A stretch of 64,000 nt of DNA from IMG/VR virus record IMGVR_UViG_2619619233_000003, positions 1 through 64,000 of that record, one strand, 5' to 3'. Shown here in pieces: positions 55,931 through 64,000 of the stretch (position 1 is the first letter of the stretch; each line of letters begins with the position of its first letter). The translations under genes were made by a program, and so were the position numbers. The notes below the pieces were generated by a model. That model made no database searches, was not told where the DNA came from, and saw only the letters and a program-made list of their open reading frames with translations. Source of the stretch: a virus (taxonomy: Duplodnaviria > Caudoviricetes).

Positions 55931-56022
55931 CTTTTCGAATTGCTTGCGGGCGTCGTCATCGATGGCGACGGGTTTGCTTCTGTCGGCACGGCCGAGGCGC
56001 GCATGCGCCCAGGCGATAGCGA

Positions 56023-56445
56023 CTAATTCGAGTTTCCCAGGCGGGCCTTGTCTTCGGAGATGGATTCCCGGTAAGCGCGGATGAGCGCGTTTTTCACGCG
56101 GGTGTGGGCGCAGACGATTTCGACCGTTTCCGGATTGAACGGAATGGCATTATTGTAGTCGTCAAAGACGCCATCCCAGCCGCGCAACACGTCCGTCAAA
56201 GCTTTAAAATCATGGGCCGCAAGAGCCTCGTTGATCTTGCGCAGCTCCTCGCCCTCGGTCTCGGGTTTGACCTGCTCCAGAATGGCAAGGCGTTCGGCAT
56301 CTCTGGCTTTGGCACGGTCTGGCGAAATCAGCGCGAACTGCGCGATGAACTCCTGTTCGAGCAGCTTTCCGGGAATGTGCGGGTTAGGCTCGATCACTTT
56401 GACCGGCCAGGGGAAGGTAAGTTCCTGCGAGAGTTTGAAGGCCAT
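56023..56445 (-). CDS. Tail assembly chaperone gpG-like
   Basis: Homologous to 14799-15173; ends ARLGNSN. Confidence 0.8.
   Translation of the reverse strand: MAFKLSQELTFPWPVKVIEPNPHIPGKLLEQEFIAQFALISPDRAKARDAERLAILEQVKPETEGEELRKINEALAAHDFKALTDVLRGWDGVFDDYNNAIPFNPETVEIVCAHTRVKNALIRAYRESISEDKARLGNSN
56032..56038 (-). other. Programmed -1 frameshift heptamer GGGAAAC
   Basis: The -1 frame reads KLELVAIAWAHARLG...MGVRF. Confidence 0.85.
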
Positions 56446-56481
56446 TTGAGTTCCCTTTAAACGCGCCTCAAAGGCGCAATG

Positions 56482-56670
56482 TCAGTCTCGGATGATGATG
56501 CCGCCCTCTACCGGCTGACTGCGGATTTTCGGGCAGGCCTCGTAATTGTGTTTGTTGGAGCCGCAATAGGCGCACCGCAGATGAAGCCGCGTTGCGCTGC
56601 CGCCCCAAGTTTTGGGGCAGGCTTCGAAGGTGTGGAGCTGGGAGCCGCAATAGGTGCAACGAATGCGCAT
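56482..56670 (-). CDS. Double CCHC zinc-knuckle protein
   Basis: CTYCGSQLHTFEAC and CAYCGSNKHNYEAC (both CX2CX4HX4C); RBS GGAG. Confidence 0.75.
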   Translation of the reverse strand: MRIRCTYCGSQLHTFEACPKTWGGSATRLHLRCAYCGSNKHNYEACPKIRSQPVEGGIIIRD

Positions 56671-56683
56671 CGGCTCCGTCCCC

Positions 56684-57616
56684 TCACTGGAAGGTAATCA
56701 GGATTTCGTCGTTGCCGGCAGACGTTGGCGTGAACATCAGGGGCAACGTGTTGTTCATGATGCGCTGCGTTTCGCCATAGGTCGGCCGTCCGATCTGGAC
56801 AGCCGGAGCATCGAACTTGACGATGTTGCCGGCAACCGTGCCCTGCTGTGCGGAAAGAACGCCCTTGGTATGAGACCGGGCGATCTGGAACCAGTTCTTG
56901 TCAGCAAGGTGCGTGGCTTCCATGATGGCGCTGCCAGTCATCTGGCGGTCGGTCTGCTCGATCGATTCCGCGTTGATGAGCATGCGCGGTTCGATCTGGT
57001 TGGCGACATCGAAGGTGATGCCTTCGCAGGCGCCGGCGTAGCCGAACAGCGAAAAAGCCGTATTCGCCTTGTTGACGGGAACTGGCGCGATGAATTTCGT
57101 GACATCGACAACAGGCAGGGCCGCGTCCGCGATCGTGCCGATCAGACCGGTCATGGTGAAGACGAAACGCGGGATCTGGCGCGGCGTCAGGCCAAAGGTC
57201 ATGGTGCCTCGTGTGCCCAGCAGGACGTGATTGACACCGTCGATGTTGAAATAATGCGAGGTGCTTTCGAACAGGCGGGAAACGGACTTGTATTCGACCT
57301 TCTGGCCAGCCGTGACAATTTCCTGAAAACCGCTGGCGCGCAGGCATGGACCGACAGCCGGCGCCGTGCCCGCGACGCCCGAGCCGGCAATCTCGATCTC
57401 ATAGGAAAGGCGGGCATAGTTGCCATCGAGAATGATGCCCTGATGGCCCATATAGGGCAGCACCAGGTCACGGCTCAAATCTTCGCCAAGCAGCGGTTCA
57501 AGGCTGACATTCGTGGCAAGCATGGCATTGGCCGCGCCGGTCGGCACGGCGTCAACACCATAATTGGCCTCTGGTTTGACCATCAGGGCGCGATTACGCC
57601 AGTAGCGCTTAGCCAT
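56684..57616 (-). CDS. Major tail tube protein
   Basis: Homologous to 15224-16153. Confidence 0.85.
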   Translation of the reverse strand: MAKRYWRNRALMVKPEANYGVDAVPTGAANAMLATNVSLEPLLGEDLSRDLVLPYMGHQGIILDGNYARLSYEIEIAGSGVAGTAPAVGPCLRASGFQEIVTAGQKVEYKSVSRLFESTSHYFNIDGVNHVLLGTRGTMTFGLTPRQIPRFVFTMTGLIGTIADAALPVVDVTKFIAPVPVNKANTAFSLFGYAGACEGITFDVANQIEPRMLINAESIEQTDRQMTGSAIMEATHLADKNWFQIARSHTKGVLSAQQGTVAGNIVKFDAPAVQIGRPTYGETQRIMNNTLPLMFTPTSAGNDEILITFQ

Positions 57617-57782
57617 TGTTGTTTTCCCTCGGTTTCCGGCCGGAGCCGATGATGGTCTTGCTGACCGCCTCGACGGTCGCTTTGCTAAGGCCCGTCTCGG
57701 CCTGTTTCTGTTCGGTGCGGCTGACTAGTTTCAGCGAGCCGTCCTCGTTGCGGATGTATGAGCCGCCCTGGCCGTCCATCAT
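57609..57782 (-). CDS. Small tail-region protein (57 aa, not in the ORF track)
   Basis: MMDGQGGSYIRNEDGSL...; overlaps both neighbouring genes. Confidence 0.6.
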   Translation of the reverse strand: MMDGQGGSYIRNEDGSLKLVSRTEQKQAETGLSKATVEAVSKTIIGSGRKPRENNNG

Positions 57783-58195
57783 CGTTTCTCCTGGTAGTAG
57801 GCGCTGGTGAACACGTCCTCGAACCAGACGACACCGTTCAGCGCCTGTTGAATTTCGCCCTCGACATGCTCCATCGGGTCGGACGCGCCTTCCGGCAGGA
57901 AGCCGAGCAGCTGACCGCGTACGAAGGCCTTCAGCGCCTCGATGTCCCCGCGTGCCGCGCCGTTGTCGCCTCGGGAGAGGTTTTCGGTGACGATCACGAC
58001 CGCGACATCGAACGCGGTGCGCTGGCGAATGATGTTGAGGTGCTCATTCGGCGCGGACTTTTCATGCGAGATGTAGACATAGACGGCCGGAAGATTGACC
58101 GGCCGGTCCTTCACGTCCGCGAGCTCGGCCGCATCGCCGCCGATAGCAAAGGGTGTGTTGCCCTCCAGAAGACGGGCGAGAATTGAATCGATCAT
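57779..58195 (-). CDS. Tail terminator (gp37-like)
   Basis: Homologous to 16291-16716. Confidence 0.75.
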   Translation of the reverse strand: MIDSILARLLEGNTPFAIGGDAAELADVKDRPVNLPAVYVYISHEKSAPNEHLNIIRQRTAFDVAVVIVTENLSRGDNGAARGDIEALKAFVRGQLLGFLPEGASDPMEHVEGEIQQALNGVVWFEDVFTSAYYQEKR

Positions 58196-58755
58196 CGTGC
58201 CTGGCCTTCCAGAAAATCCTGTCCGATCTCGACGAGCCGCGCCCGATCCTCGGCAGAGAAGCCGAGATAGGGTCGCGCCGGAACGGGAATGGTGTGTTCG
58301 CCGATCGTGATTTTCTTCTCGACCGAGCCTTTCTTGCCGCGTGTCACGAACCGGGACTTGCCGCGTATTCTCGCAAGCGATGCCCGCTGGCTGCGGGCGT
58401 ACATCTGGATTTGACCGCCTTCCTGGTGGACACGGGCATAAACAAGGTTCGAGCCGACAGAAGCGGACCGATCATCGGAATGCCCGACGATGCTGCGATA
58501 AAGCGCGGTGGTCACACGCAGGATGTTGTTTGCGCCGCGCTGCCGGCCACGTATTTTCTTAAGCTGCGTGCGGCGTGCTAGCGCCTGCCACTTCTGGCCG
58601 TCCGGGCCGCTCTCCAGTTCGAAACGACGCTGCGTCGAATAGACGAGGTAGGCGGCAAAAGCCGATGTCAGTTCGCCGGGATGCGCGACAGCAAGGCCAA
58701 TCCGCGAGAGAACCGGCGTCAGTTCGTCATCGAGATAAATGGCCGAACCCGTCAT
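58192..58755 (-). CDS. Virion morphogenesis protein
   Basis: GSNLVYARVHQEGG and PARPYLG motifs. Confidence 0.9.
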   Translation of the reverse strand: MTGSAIYLDDELTPVLSRIGLAVAHPGELTSAFAAYLVYSTQRRFELESGPDGQKWQALARRTQLKKIRGRQRGANNILRVTTALYRSIVGHSDDRSASVGSNLVYARVHQEGGQIQMYARSQRASLARIRGKSRFVTRGKKGSVEKKITIGEHTIPVPARPYLGFSAEDRARLVEIGQDFLEGQAR

Positions 58756-59186
58756 CAGAAATCCTTCAGGCTGTCACGGGTGAAGACGCGACCAGGCGCA
58801 GACGCCCGAACCGAACCGCCGCCTGCAGGCGCCGGCGTCTCCCCGCCGTCCGTCAGTTCGACAAGGCCGCGAGACACGTCACGCAGGAAGCCGACCGCCT
58901 CATTATAGGCGCGGGTCACCGGGCTATCCTTGTCGGCCGCCTTGCCGTGAAGGTAATAGCGGGCGATATCGGCCGCGTTCTTCGTGAGGATCGGCGGAAC
59001 GACACTCAAGGGCAGCTTGAGGACCTTCTTAAGATAGCCGTCGATCAGGGCGGAAGCATCGGAGATGGCGCGCTCGACGACAACAGGATTGATCGTTGTG
59101 ACCGGCCGGTTGACGCGGTCGGTCAGTTCGATCAGCTCCTTTTCGCCGAAACGGTCGATCAGGTCCTGTTGCGTGACGTAGGTCAA
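58755..59186 (-). CDS. Head-tail adaptor (gp36/DUF1320)
   Basis: DLIDRFGEKEL..LTDR and DIARYYL motifs. Confidence 0.88.
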   Translation of the reverse strand: MTYVTQQDLIDRFGEKELIELTDRVNRPVTTINPVVVERAISDASALIDGYLKKVLKLPLSVVPPILTKNAADIARYYLHGKAADKDSPVTRAYNEAVGFLRDVSRGLVELTDGGETPAPAGGGSVRASAPGRVFTRDSLKDF

Positions 59187-60082
59187 TCGATGACCTCAAC
59201 CGTTAGGAGCGGTTCTGCGATGATCGCTTCCAGCTGCTCGGGCGAGAGATCGCCGGGGCGATAATCGACCGGCTTGGACGAATGTGCGATGCCGGCGCGG
59301 CGGAAACCGTCGCGCCCGGAGGTGACGCGCACCAGCGGCGGGTGTTCCGCCAAGAGGGTTTCCGTGAAAGGAGACAGCAGCGCGAACGAAAGCGGGAAAT
59401 CGCGCTCGAATTCCTCAGGTGTCATAGATGCATAACGGTTGGCGTGTTCGCCAGCTCCGTGCACAAAGTCGCCGATTGTCAACGTGCCAATACCCTCGGC
59501 AACGCCGATTCTCAGTCCTCCCGATTTCATCGAGAATGACACCGGCTCTGAAGCGAGACGGATGTCCTTCAGGACGGCGATTTCCTCGGTGAGCTCACGC
59601 ACGATGCCGGCTGGATCGTCGCTGCCAATCCATTCCTGAAGCTCGGGATAATCACGAGCGACATCGACAATGATCTCAAGCAGCGACTTGCCGATCGCAG
59701 CCAGCTTGAGGGTCTCGGTGAGATGGCCGATGTCATCGACCTTCAGCACACTCGAGGTTTCGCCGCTGACGGAACCGGCATTCGCGCCGGCTCCGTCCGC
59801 ATCGCCCTGGGAGGGTCCGGTGGAAAGGTCGACCGATGCGGTGGCCGCATCCGCATCGGTCTGGTCATGCCCTTCGCCGGTGAGGTTCTGGTCAGCAACA
59901 GAACCGCCGGCGTCGGCCAGGCCAGTATTGATCCCGTCAGGTGCTCTCAAACCTGACGGGCCAGATGCAGCCGATGTGGTAACAGCTGCATCATCCTGCG
60001 TGCCATCCGTCTTGACGGTCTCAAGATCGACGGCGGGCGCGGTGGAACGGGATTTCCTTGGGGATGTCGTAGGCTTCGACAT
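59183..60082 (-). CDS. HI1506-related protein
   Basis: Homologous to 17730-18575. Confidence 0.7.
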   Translation of the reverse strand: MSKPTTSPRKSRSTAPAVDLETVKTDGTQDDAAVTTSAASGPSGLRAPDGINTGLADAGGSVADQNLTGEGHDQTDADAATASVDLSTGPSQGDADGAGANAGSVSGETSSVLKVDDIGHLTETLKLAAIGKSLLEIIVDVARDYPELQEWIGSDDPAGIVRELTEEIAVLKDIRLASEPVSFSMKSGGLRIGVAEGIGTLTIGDFVHGAGEHANRYASMTPEEFERDFPLSFALLSPFTETLLAEHPPLVRVTSGRDGFRRAGIAHSSKPVDYRPGDLSPEQLEAIIAEPLLTVEVID

Positions 60083-60132
60083 AAGAGCTATCCTTTCGAG
60101 GGCTTTGCGAAAGCGGCTGGTGAGCGGTTTTC

Positions 60133-60160
60133 AAAAAGCCCTCCCGAATGAACGGGAGGG
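60133..60160 (-). terminator. Terminator/attenuator after gpT
   Basis: CCCTCCCG/CGGGAGGG stem plus T-tract; the loop differs from copy A. Confidence 0.7.
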
Positions 60161-60179
60161 AGGTGCCAGCTGGGGCAGG

Positions 60180-61076
60180 TCAGGCCAGCCAGGGAACAAC
60201 CATGACTTCGGCAGTCTTGAACCATTCGTTGTCGGCGCCGTTGGCCTTGCGGCCGTTTTCGAGAATGCGGCGGGCCGCACCTTCAAGCGTCGGCGGCACG
60301 ACCAGCAGTTTTGGCTGGATGGCGAGCGGACGGCCGTAGTCACCTTTCATGGAGCCAAGCGCGGCGCGGGCAGCTTCATAGTGGGCATCGTCGAGCGTCT
60401 GCCTGGAACCCCATGCCATCTGCCAGAAACCGAAACCAACCTGGCACCGGCCATCGAGGCCGTACCGGAATTCCTTCCTGGTGAAGACCGCCTCATCGTT
60501 TTCGTTGTCCATCTTGACGAGGTTGGTGAACTTCTTGCGCTCCTGGTAGATGATCGGCTTCAGCGGACGCGAGACATCGAGCAGGAACCAGGGCGTTCCG
60601 TTGCCGCCGTCTGTATTGGCGACGGAAACGGTGTTGCCCTTTTCATCGAGAACCGGATGGTCCGTATCGAAGAAATTCTGCTTGTCGTAGCAGGCGACAT
60701 CCCAGCCGTTTTTCAGAAACGGGAAAACAAGAGTGTCCGGGAAGGTAACGGCGGTCTGGCCGAAATCCTGAAACACCGTTGTGTAGGTGCCAAGATTATC
60801 GTCGGAGATATCATCGCGATCGACGCCGATGGTGTTTTCATAGGCTTCGTTGGTCAGCGTATAACCGTGCTTGGCAAGGCCGTTGACGACACGATCGCCG
60901 ATCCATTTGCGGAAACCGGCCATCTTGCCGAGCCAGCCATATTCGTTTGTTCGCGTCGTGGATGGAACGGTGCTGGCGATGCGGCTGTACATGCTGGTGG
61001 CTTCACCAATGCCCTGCTGGAAGGCGGCATTGAAGCCCACATAGGCCGATCGCAAATTAACGGTGTTGATTTCCAT
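60180..61076 (-). CDS. Mu-like major capsid protein gpT
   Basis: 298 aa, close homologue of 18674-19570. Confidence 0.95.
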   Translation of the reverse strand: MEINTVNLRSAYVGFNAAFQQGIGEATSMYSRIASTVPSTTRTNEYGWLGKMAGFRKWIGDRVVNGLAKHGYTLTNEAYENTIGVDRDDISDDNLGTYTTVFQDFGQTAVTFPDTLVFPFLKNGWDVACYDKQNFFDTDHPVLDEKGNTVSVANTDGGNGTPWFLLDVSRPLKPIIYQERKKFTNLVKMDNENDEAVFTRKEFRYGLDGRCQVGFGFWQMAWGSRQTLDDAHYEAARAALGSMKGDYGRPLAIQPKLLVVPPTLEGAARRILENGRKANGADNEWFKTAEVMVVPWLA

Positions 61077-61085
61077 GTCTCACCT

Positions 61086-61496
61086 TCAGGAGAATTTGAC
61101 CCACACGCCCTGGTCATCGACGTCGAAAACTTTGCCGATGACAGAACGGGTGTTGGTGGCGGAGGTTTTGGCGACGGTCTGGTCATCGACGCCGTACACA
61201 TCGGAGCCGATGTCTGCGAGGGTGATGAGATCAGCGGCGGCAGAGTTGGCGTAGCGGAAAATGCCCACGCGGATCCTGACGCGCAGCGCGCCCGCAGCGC
61301 CGCCCGTATTGTCCACGCGCCGCTCGACGCGGCCGGCACCCTTCAGGTTAAGGGCGGTCGTGACCGGGACGGCGTAACCTGCCGCGTTGATAGCGGCCAT
61401 TGCGCCGGCGTAAAACACAGCGCCGGCCGCAGCGGGTGGCTCACGGACATCACCGGAACGTTCCGGCGTGTTTCGATCAACTGACAGAGCCGTCAT
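61086..61496 (-). CDS. Head decoration/cement protein
   Basis: Homologous to 19580-19990. Confidence 0.75.
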   Translation of the reverse strand: MTALSVDRNTPERSGDVREPPAAAGAVFYAGAMAAINAAGYAVPVTTALNLKGAGRVERRVDNTGGAAGALRVRIRVGIFRYANSAAADLITLADIGSDVYGVDDQTVAKTSATNTRSVIGKVFDVDDQGVWVKFS

Positions 61497-62644
61497 TCGT
61501 CACCGCCTTTCCTGGCATCGAGCATCTGCTTTTCGGAAAGCCCCATCTGCCGCATGACGGCCACCTCGGCATCGCTGAGGGTGGGCTTGCCGTTCTCGGG
61601 CGGATTGGCCGTGGCCGTGCGCTGTGCCGAGGTGAGCACGGGGGCTTTACCCACGAACTCCTCGAATTTCTTCGGATCGGTCCTGTGCATCGAAAGCGCC
61701 CAATCCTTCAGCGCCGGCGCAATCTTGCCGTCGCGGATTGCAGCGCCGACTGCGACCTCCGCATCCTTGCTGGCATCTTTCTCCTTCAGGAGATTGAGAT
61801 CAGCCTGCATGGCGCTGACCTGTTCGATCGGAACGAACTTCGTCGGATCGGGCGCGGCGGCGGTGTGAGCGGACGCCAGAACAGTCACGATCTCGTCAAC
61901 GCTGGCGTCCTCATTTTTACCGGCTGCAATGGCAATCTTCTTGCGATCGGCGAAAGCGGACTGGACGGCCGTGGCGATCGCCTCGGACTTGGCGTCCTTC
62001 GTAAGACCGGCAGCGACGGCAATCGCCGTCGAGCTGGTCAGCAGCGAATTGATGGCAATGAGCACATCGTCTTCGCTGCCGCCATCGGACAAGCCGAGGG
62101 CAGCAAGCACCTTTTTCATGGATACCTCTGGTTCAGTGTTGCGGGTGGAAAAAATCGAATGGGCCGATACCTCGAACAGATCGAGGTTGGGCACATTGGT
62201 CAGGGCCACGGTCTGAAGCGCCAGAACTTCGCCTGCCTTCGTGTGGAAATAGACCGGGGAAATGTAGCGATACTCTTTCGCCTTGATGGCGGCGGCGGCA
62301 TTGGCCGTCCATTCGACGCGACCATAAAGGCCGTCTTTGCGCGCCTCGACTTCCTTGATCCAACCAGCCGCAGGCGCGGGCTTGCCGTTTTCCTGGCTAT
62401 TGCGGCTCTGATGTTCGTAATCGACAAGAATATCCGTCGAACCGGCATAACGGCGGGTCGTATCGGCGATGCGCTGGAGCGAGACGAGATCGCCGGCCTG
62501 ATACGGACCGCGACCGTCACGGCCGGAAAACGTGCCGGCCGGAATGAGGAGCAGCCATGTCTCGTCTGCGGCGGATGCCGTCAGCTCGGCGGAATGCGCC
62601 GTGAGCAATGCGGAAGCAAGGAGGGTTGCGAGAGCGTTTTTCAT
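61493..62644 (-). CDS. Prohead protease/scaffold gpI
   Basis: DYEHQ, APAAGWI and YRYISP motifs. Confidence 0.93.
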   Translation of the reverse strand: MKNALATLLASALLTAHSAELTASAADETWLLLIPAGTFSGRDGRGPYQAGDLVSLQRIADTTRRYAGSTDILVDYEHQSRNSQENGKPAPAAGWIKEVEARKDGLYGRVEWTANAAAAIKAKEYRYISPVYFHTKAGEVLALQTVALTNVPNLDLFEVSAHSIFSTRNTEPEVSMKKVLAALGLSDGGSEDDVLIAINSLLTSSTAIAVAAGLTKDAKSEAIATAVQSAFADRKKIAIAAGKNEDASVDEIVTVLASAHTAAAPDPTKFVPIEQVSAMQADLNLLKEKDASKDAEVAVGAAIRDGKIAPALKDWALSMHRTDPKKFEEFVGKAPVLTSAQRTATANPPENGKPTLSDAEVAVMRQMGLSEKQMLDARKGGDE

Positions 62645-62678
62645 GCCCCCATCTAAGGGAGAGGGGCAAATCCGGTCA

Positions 62679-62698
62679 GGAGCGTAAAATTACCATCC
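62679..62698 (-). promoter_or_regulatory. Putative activator dyad of the prophage B head promoter
   Basis: GGAGCGTAA-AA-TTACCATCC imperfect dyad, at essentially the same offset from the protease ATG as the dyad in A. Confidence 0.4.
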
Positions 62699-62874
62699 CA
62701 ACGCCCGACAGTCGCGTCATCATGGATAACGCGACAAATCGAACCGGGCAAGGGAAGCAAGCGCCAAAATTGAGGCCGATTAAAAGCCCGTAGAAGCGTT
62801 TTTGCCGTCCGGATGATGGATGGCGCGGCTTAAGCGCCCGAAACGCTCCCTACGGGCTTTTGTTAGAGCGGGAG

Positions 62875-63675
62875 CTATGGAGGATTTTGAGGCGACCCGA
62901 GGCCGCTTGCCATCTTCTGGGCGAGCAGCTGCGCCACCCTCGCTTCGTACCCGGCCTTGCCCGGATTATAGCCCCAGCCCGGATCGATACCATCGGGAAC
63001 GCGGGTGACTTCGCCGGTCCGCTTGTTGACGAAATTGCGCCAGGTGTTTTCCGGTGGCTCGAATATCAGCTTTTCGCCCTGGGCAAGCAAGCGGTCGATG
63101 TCACGCTGCGAAAGGCTCTGCAGGGTGCAACGGCATCCCCAGCCGCAGGGCGGTGCCCATTCGTTCCAATAGGGATGATCGATCGGCAAAACGAGATTGT
63201 GCCGGCGCGCATGTTCCGGCCGGACATGATCGTCGCGCATCGTGACATAGCGCAGATATGGCCGGGTGCGGCGGTTCTGCTCGAAGCTCGTCCAGTGACC
63301 GGCCGCATACGACACCCGCATGTTAGTGTCGAAGATGGTACGCAGCCGGCGCGCGCTGCCGAGCTGCGCCGGCACTGTCTCGCCCGTCACGGGATCCGAG
63401 ACCAATTTCTTGCCCCACCAGCCCTTCGTCTCAAGGATCGGGCGCAACTGGCGGGACGCCTGCTCGATGGTCTGGCCTTCATTCAAGAGGCGCTCAATGG
63501 CCGCCAGAATGTCGTTTAAAATATCGAAGCCTGCCGATTTCGCGACGGTGAAGCTGGTGGCATGCTCGGCCTGCCACATATCGAGATAGGAGAACGTCTC
63601 TACCGGCGAGCCCGTGCGGGCGGCAAAGGCGGCGATGGCTTCGCGGGGCGGCAGGGGCTGAAGGATCGCTGCCAC
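62875..63675 (-). CDS. Mu gpF-like minor head protein
   Basis: Near-identical to 21372-22172 at the protein level. Confidence 0.92.
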   Translation of the reverse strand: MAAILQPLPPREAIAAFAARTGSPVETFSYLDMWQAEHATSFTVAKSAGFDILNDILAAIERLLNEGQTIEQASRQLRPILETKGWWGKKLVSDPVTGETVPAQLGSARRLRTIFDTNMRVSYAAGHWTSFEQNRRTRPYLRYVTMRDDHVRPEHARRHNLVLPIDHPYWNEWAPPCGWGCRCTLQSLSQRDIDRLLAQGEKLIFEPPENTWRNFVNKRTGEVTRVPDGIDPGWGYNPGKAGYEARVAQLLAQKMASGLGSPQNPP

Positions 63676-63678
63676 GCA

Positions 63679-64000
63679 CTACACCTCGTCAGACAGGGTT
63701 TCGTTGCCAAGCCCCGCCATCCGCGCCGAGAAAGCCGCACGTGCAAGAATCTCCGTGAGGGCGTTCACGTCCATGGACACGAGGCGTTCCTGCAGAATGG
63801 CGCGGATTTCGTCCAGGTCCTTTGCCTTGGCGATCGCGGCCTCAAGACCCTCGACAACAGGCGCGACCATCGGCTCCCAGCCATCGTCAGACAGGATTTT
63901 CGCAATGCTGTCGTCGATCGCATCGCCCGGCGCCGGCAGGTCTGTCACGCGGTGCATGGAAATCTGCGACTTGGGTGGCGGCAGTTTCTCAGGCTTTGTC
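63679..64000 (-). CDS. Portal protein (DUF935), C-terminal part
   Basis: Matches the C-terminus of 22176-23759. Confidence 0.9.
   Translation of the reverse strand, partial: TKPEKLPPPKSQISMHRVTDLPAPGDAIDDSIAKILSDDGWEPMVAPVVEGLEAAIAKAKDLDEIRAILQERLVSMDVNALTEILARAAFSARMAGLGNETLSDEV

Larger units (their letters stand above)
41222..64000 (-). mobile_element. Mu-like prophage B (right-end half; continues beyond the window)
   Basis: Second copy of portal, gpF, protease, gpT, tail genes and com, homologous to but diverged from prophage A. Repeat array resembling a right end at 41231-41287. Confidence 0.9.

Noticed and set aside
17299-64000. Possible assembly duplication of the head module
   Set aside because: The copies differ by many synonymous and amino-acid changes plus indels, so they are distinct phages.
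1-64000. tRNA or rRNA genes
   Set aside because: None recognised by eye; a tRNAscan run would be needed to exclude them formally.

Overview
The window consists entirely of two related but diverged Mu-like (transposable) siphovirus-type prophages, arranged head-to-tail on the minus strand. The host is probably a Rhizobium/Agrobacterium-type alphaproteobacterium (inferred from a GAAC-N7-GAAC LexA box and GC-rich codon style). Prophage A (1..~41221) is nearly complete: S24 repressor/Ner switch, ParB, MuA/MuB transposition genes, GemA, Mor, lysis, terminase, head, non-contractile tail and a com locus. Prophage B (~41222..64000) is visible from its right end to the portal gene. It has a close homologue of A's head module but a different tail tip. 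The most interesting signal is the com locus, where phage Mu has mom. Both phages share com and a structured upstream RNA, then diverge at one point into different putative DNA-modification cassettes. In A the cassette is a 58-aa ORF, an ABC-ATPase/GNAT (Mom-like) fusion and a formyltransferase. In B it is a C5-cytosine methyltransferase split over two fully overlapping reading frames. Other notable items: 11-bp-phased TYRA arrays at gene junctions, an end-to-end prophage junction, a double CCHC zinc-knuckle gene in a tail operon, a bidirectionally coded moron and an SOS-boxed small gene. All functional calls come from motif recognition and synteny only; no database searches were run.
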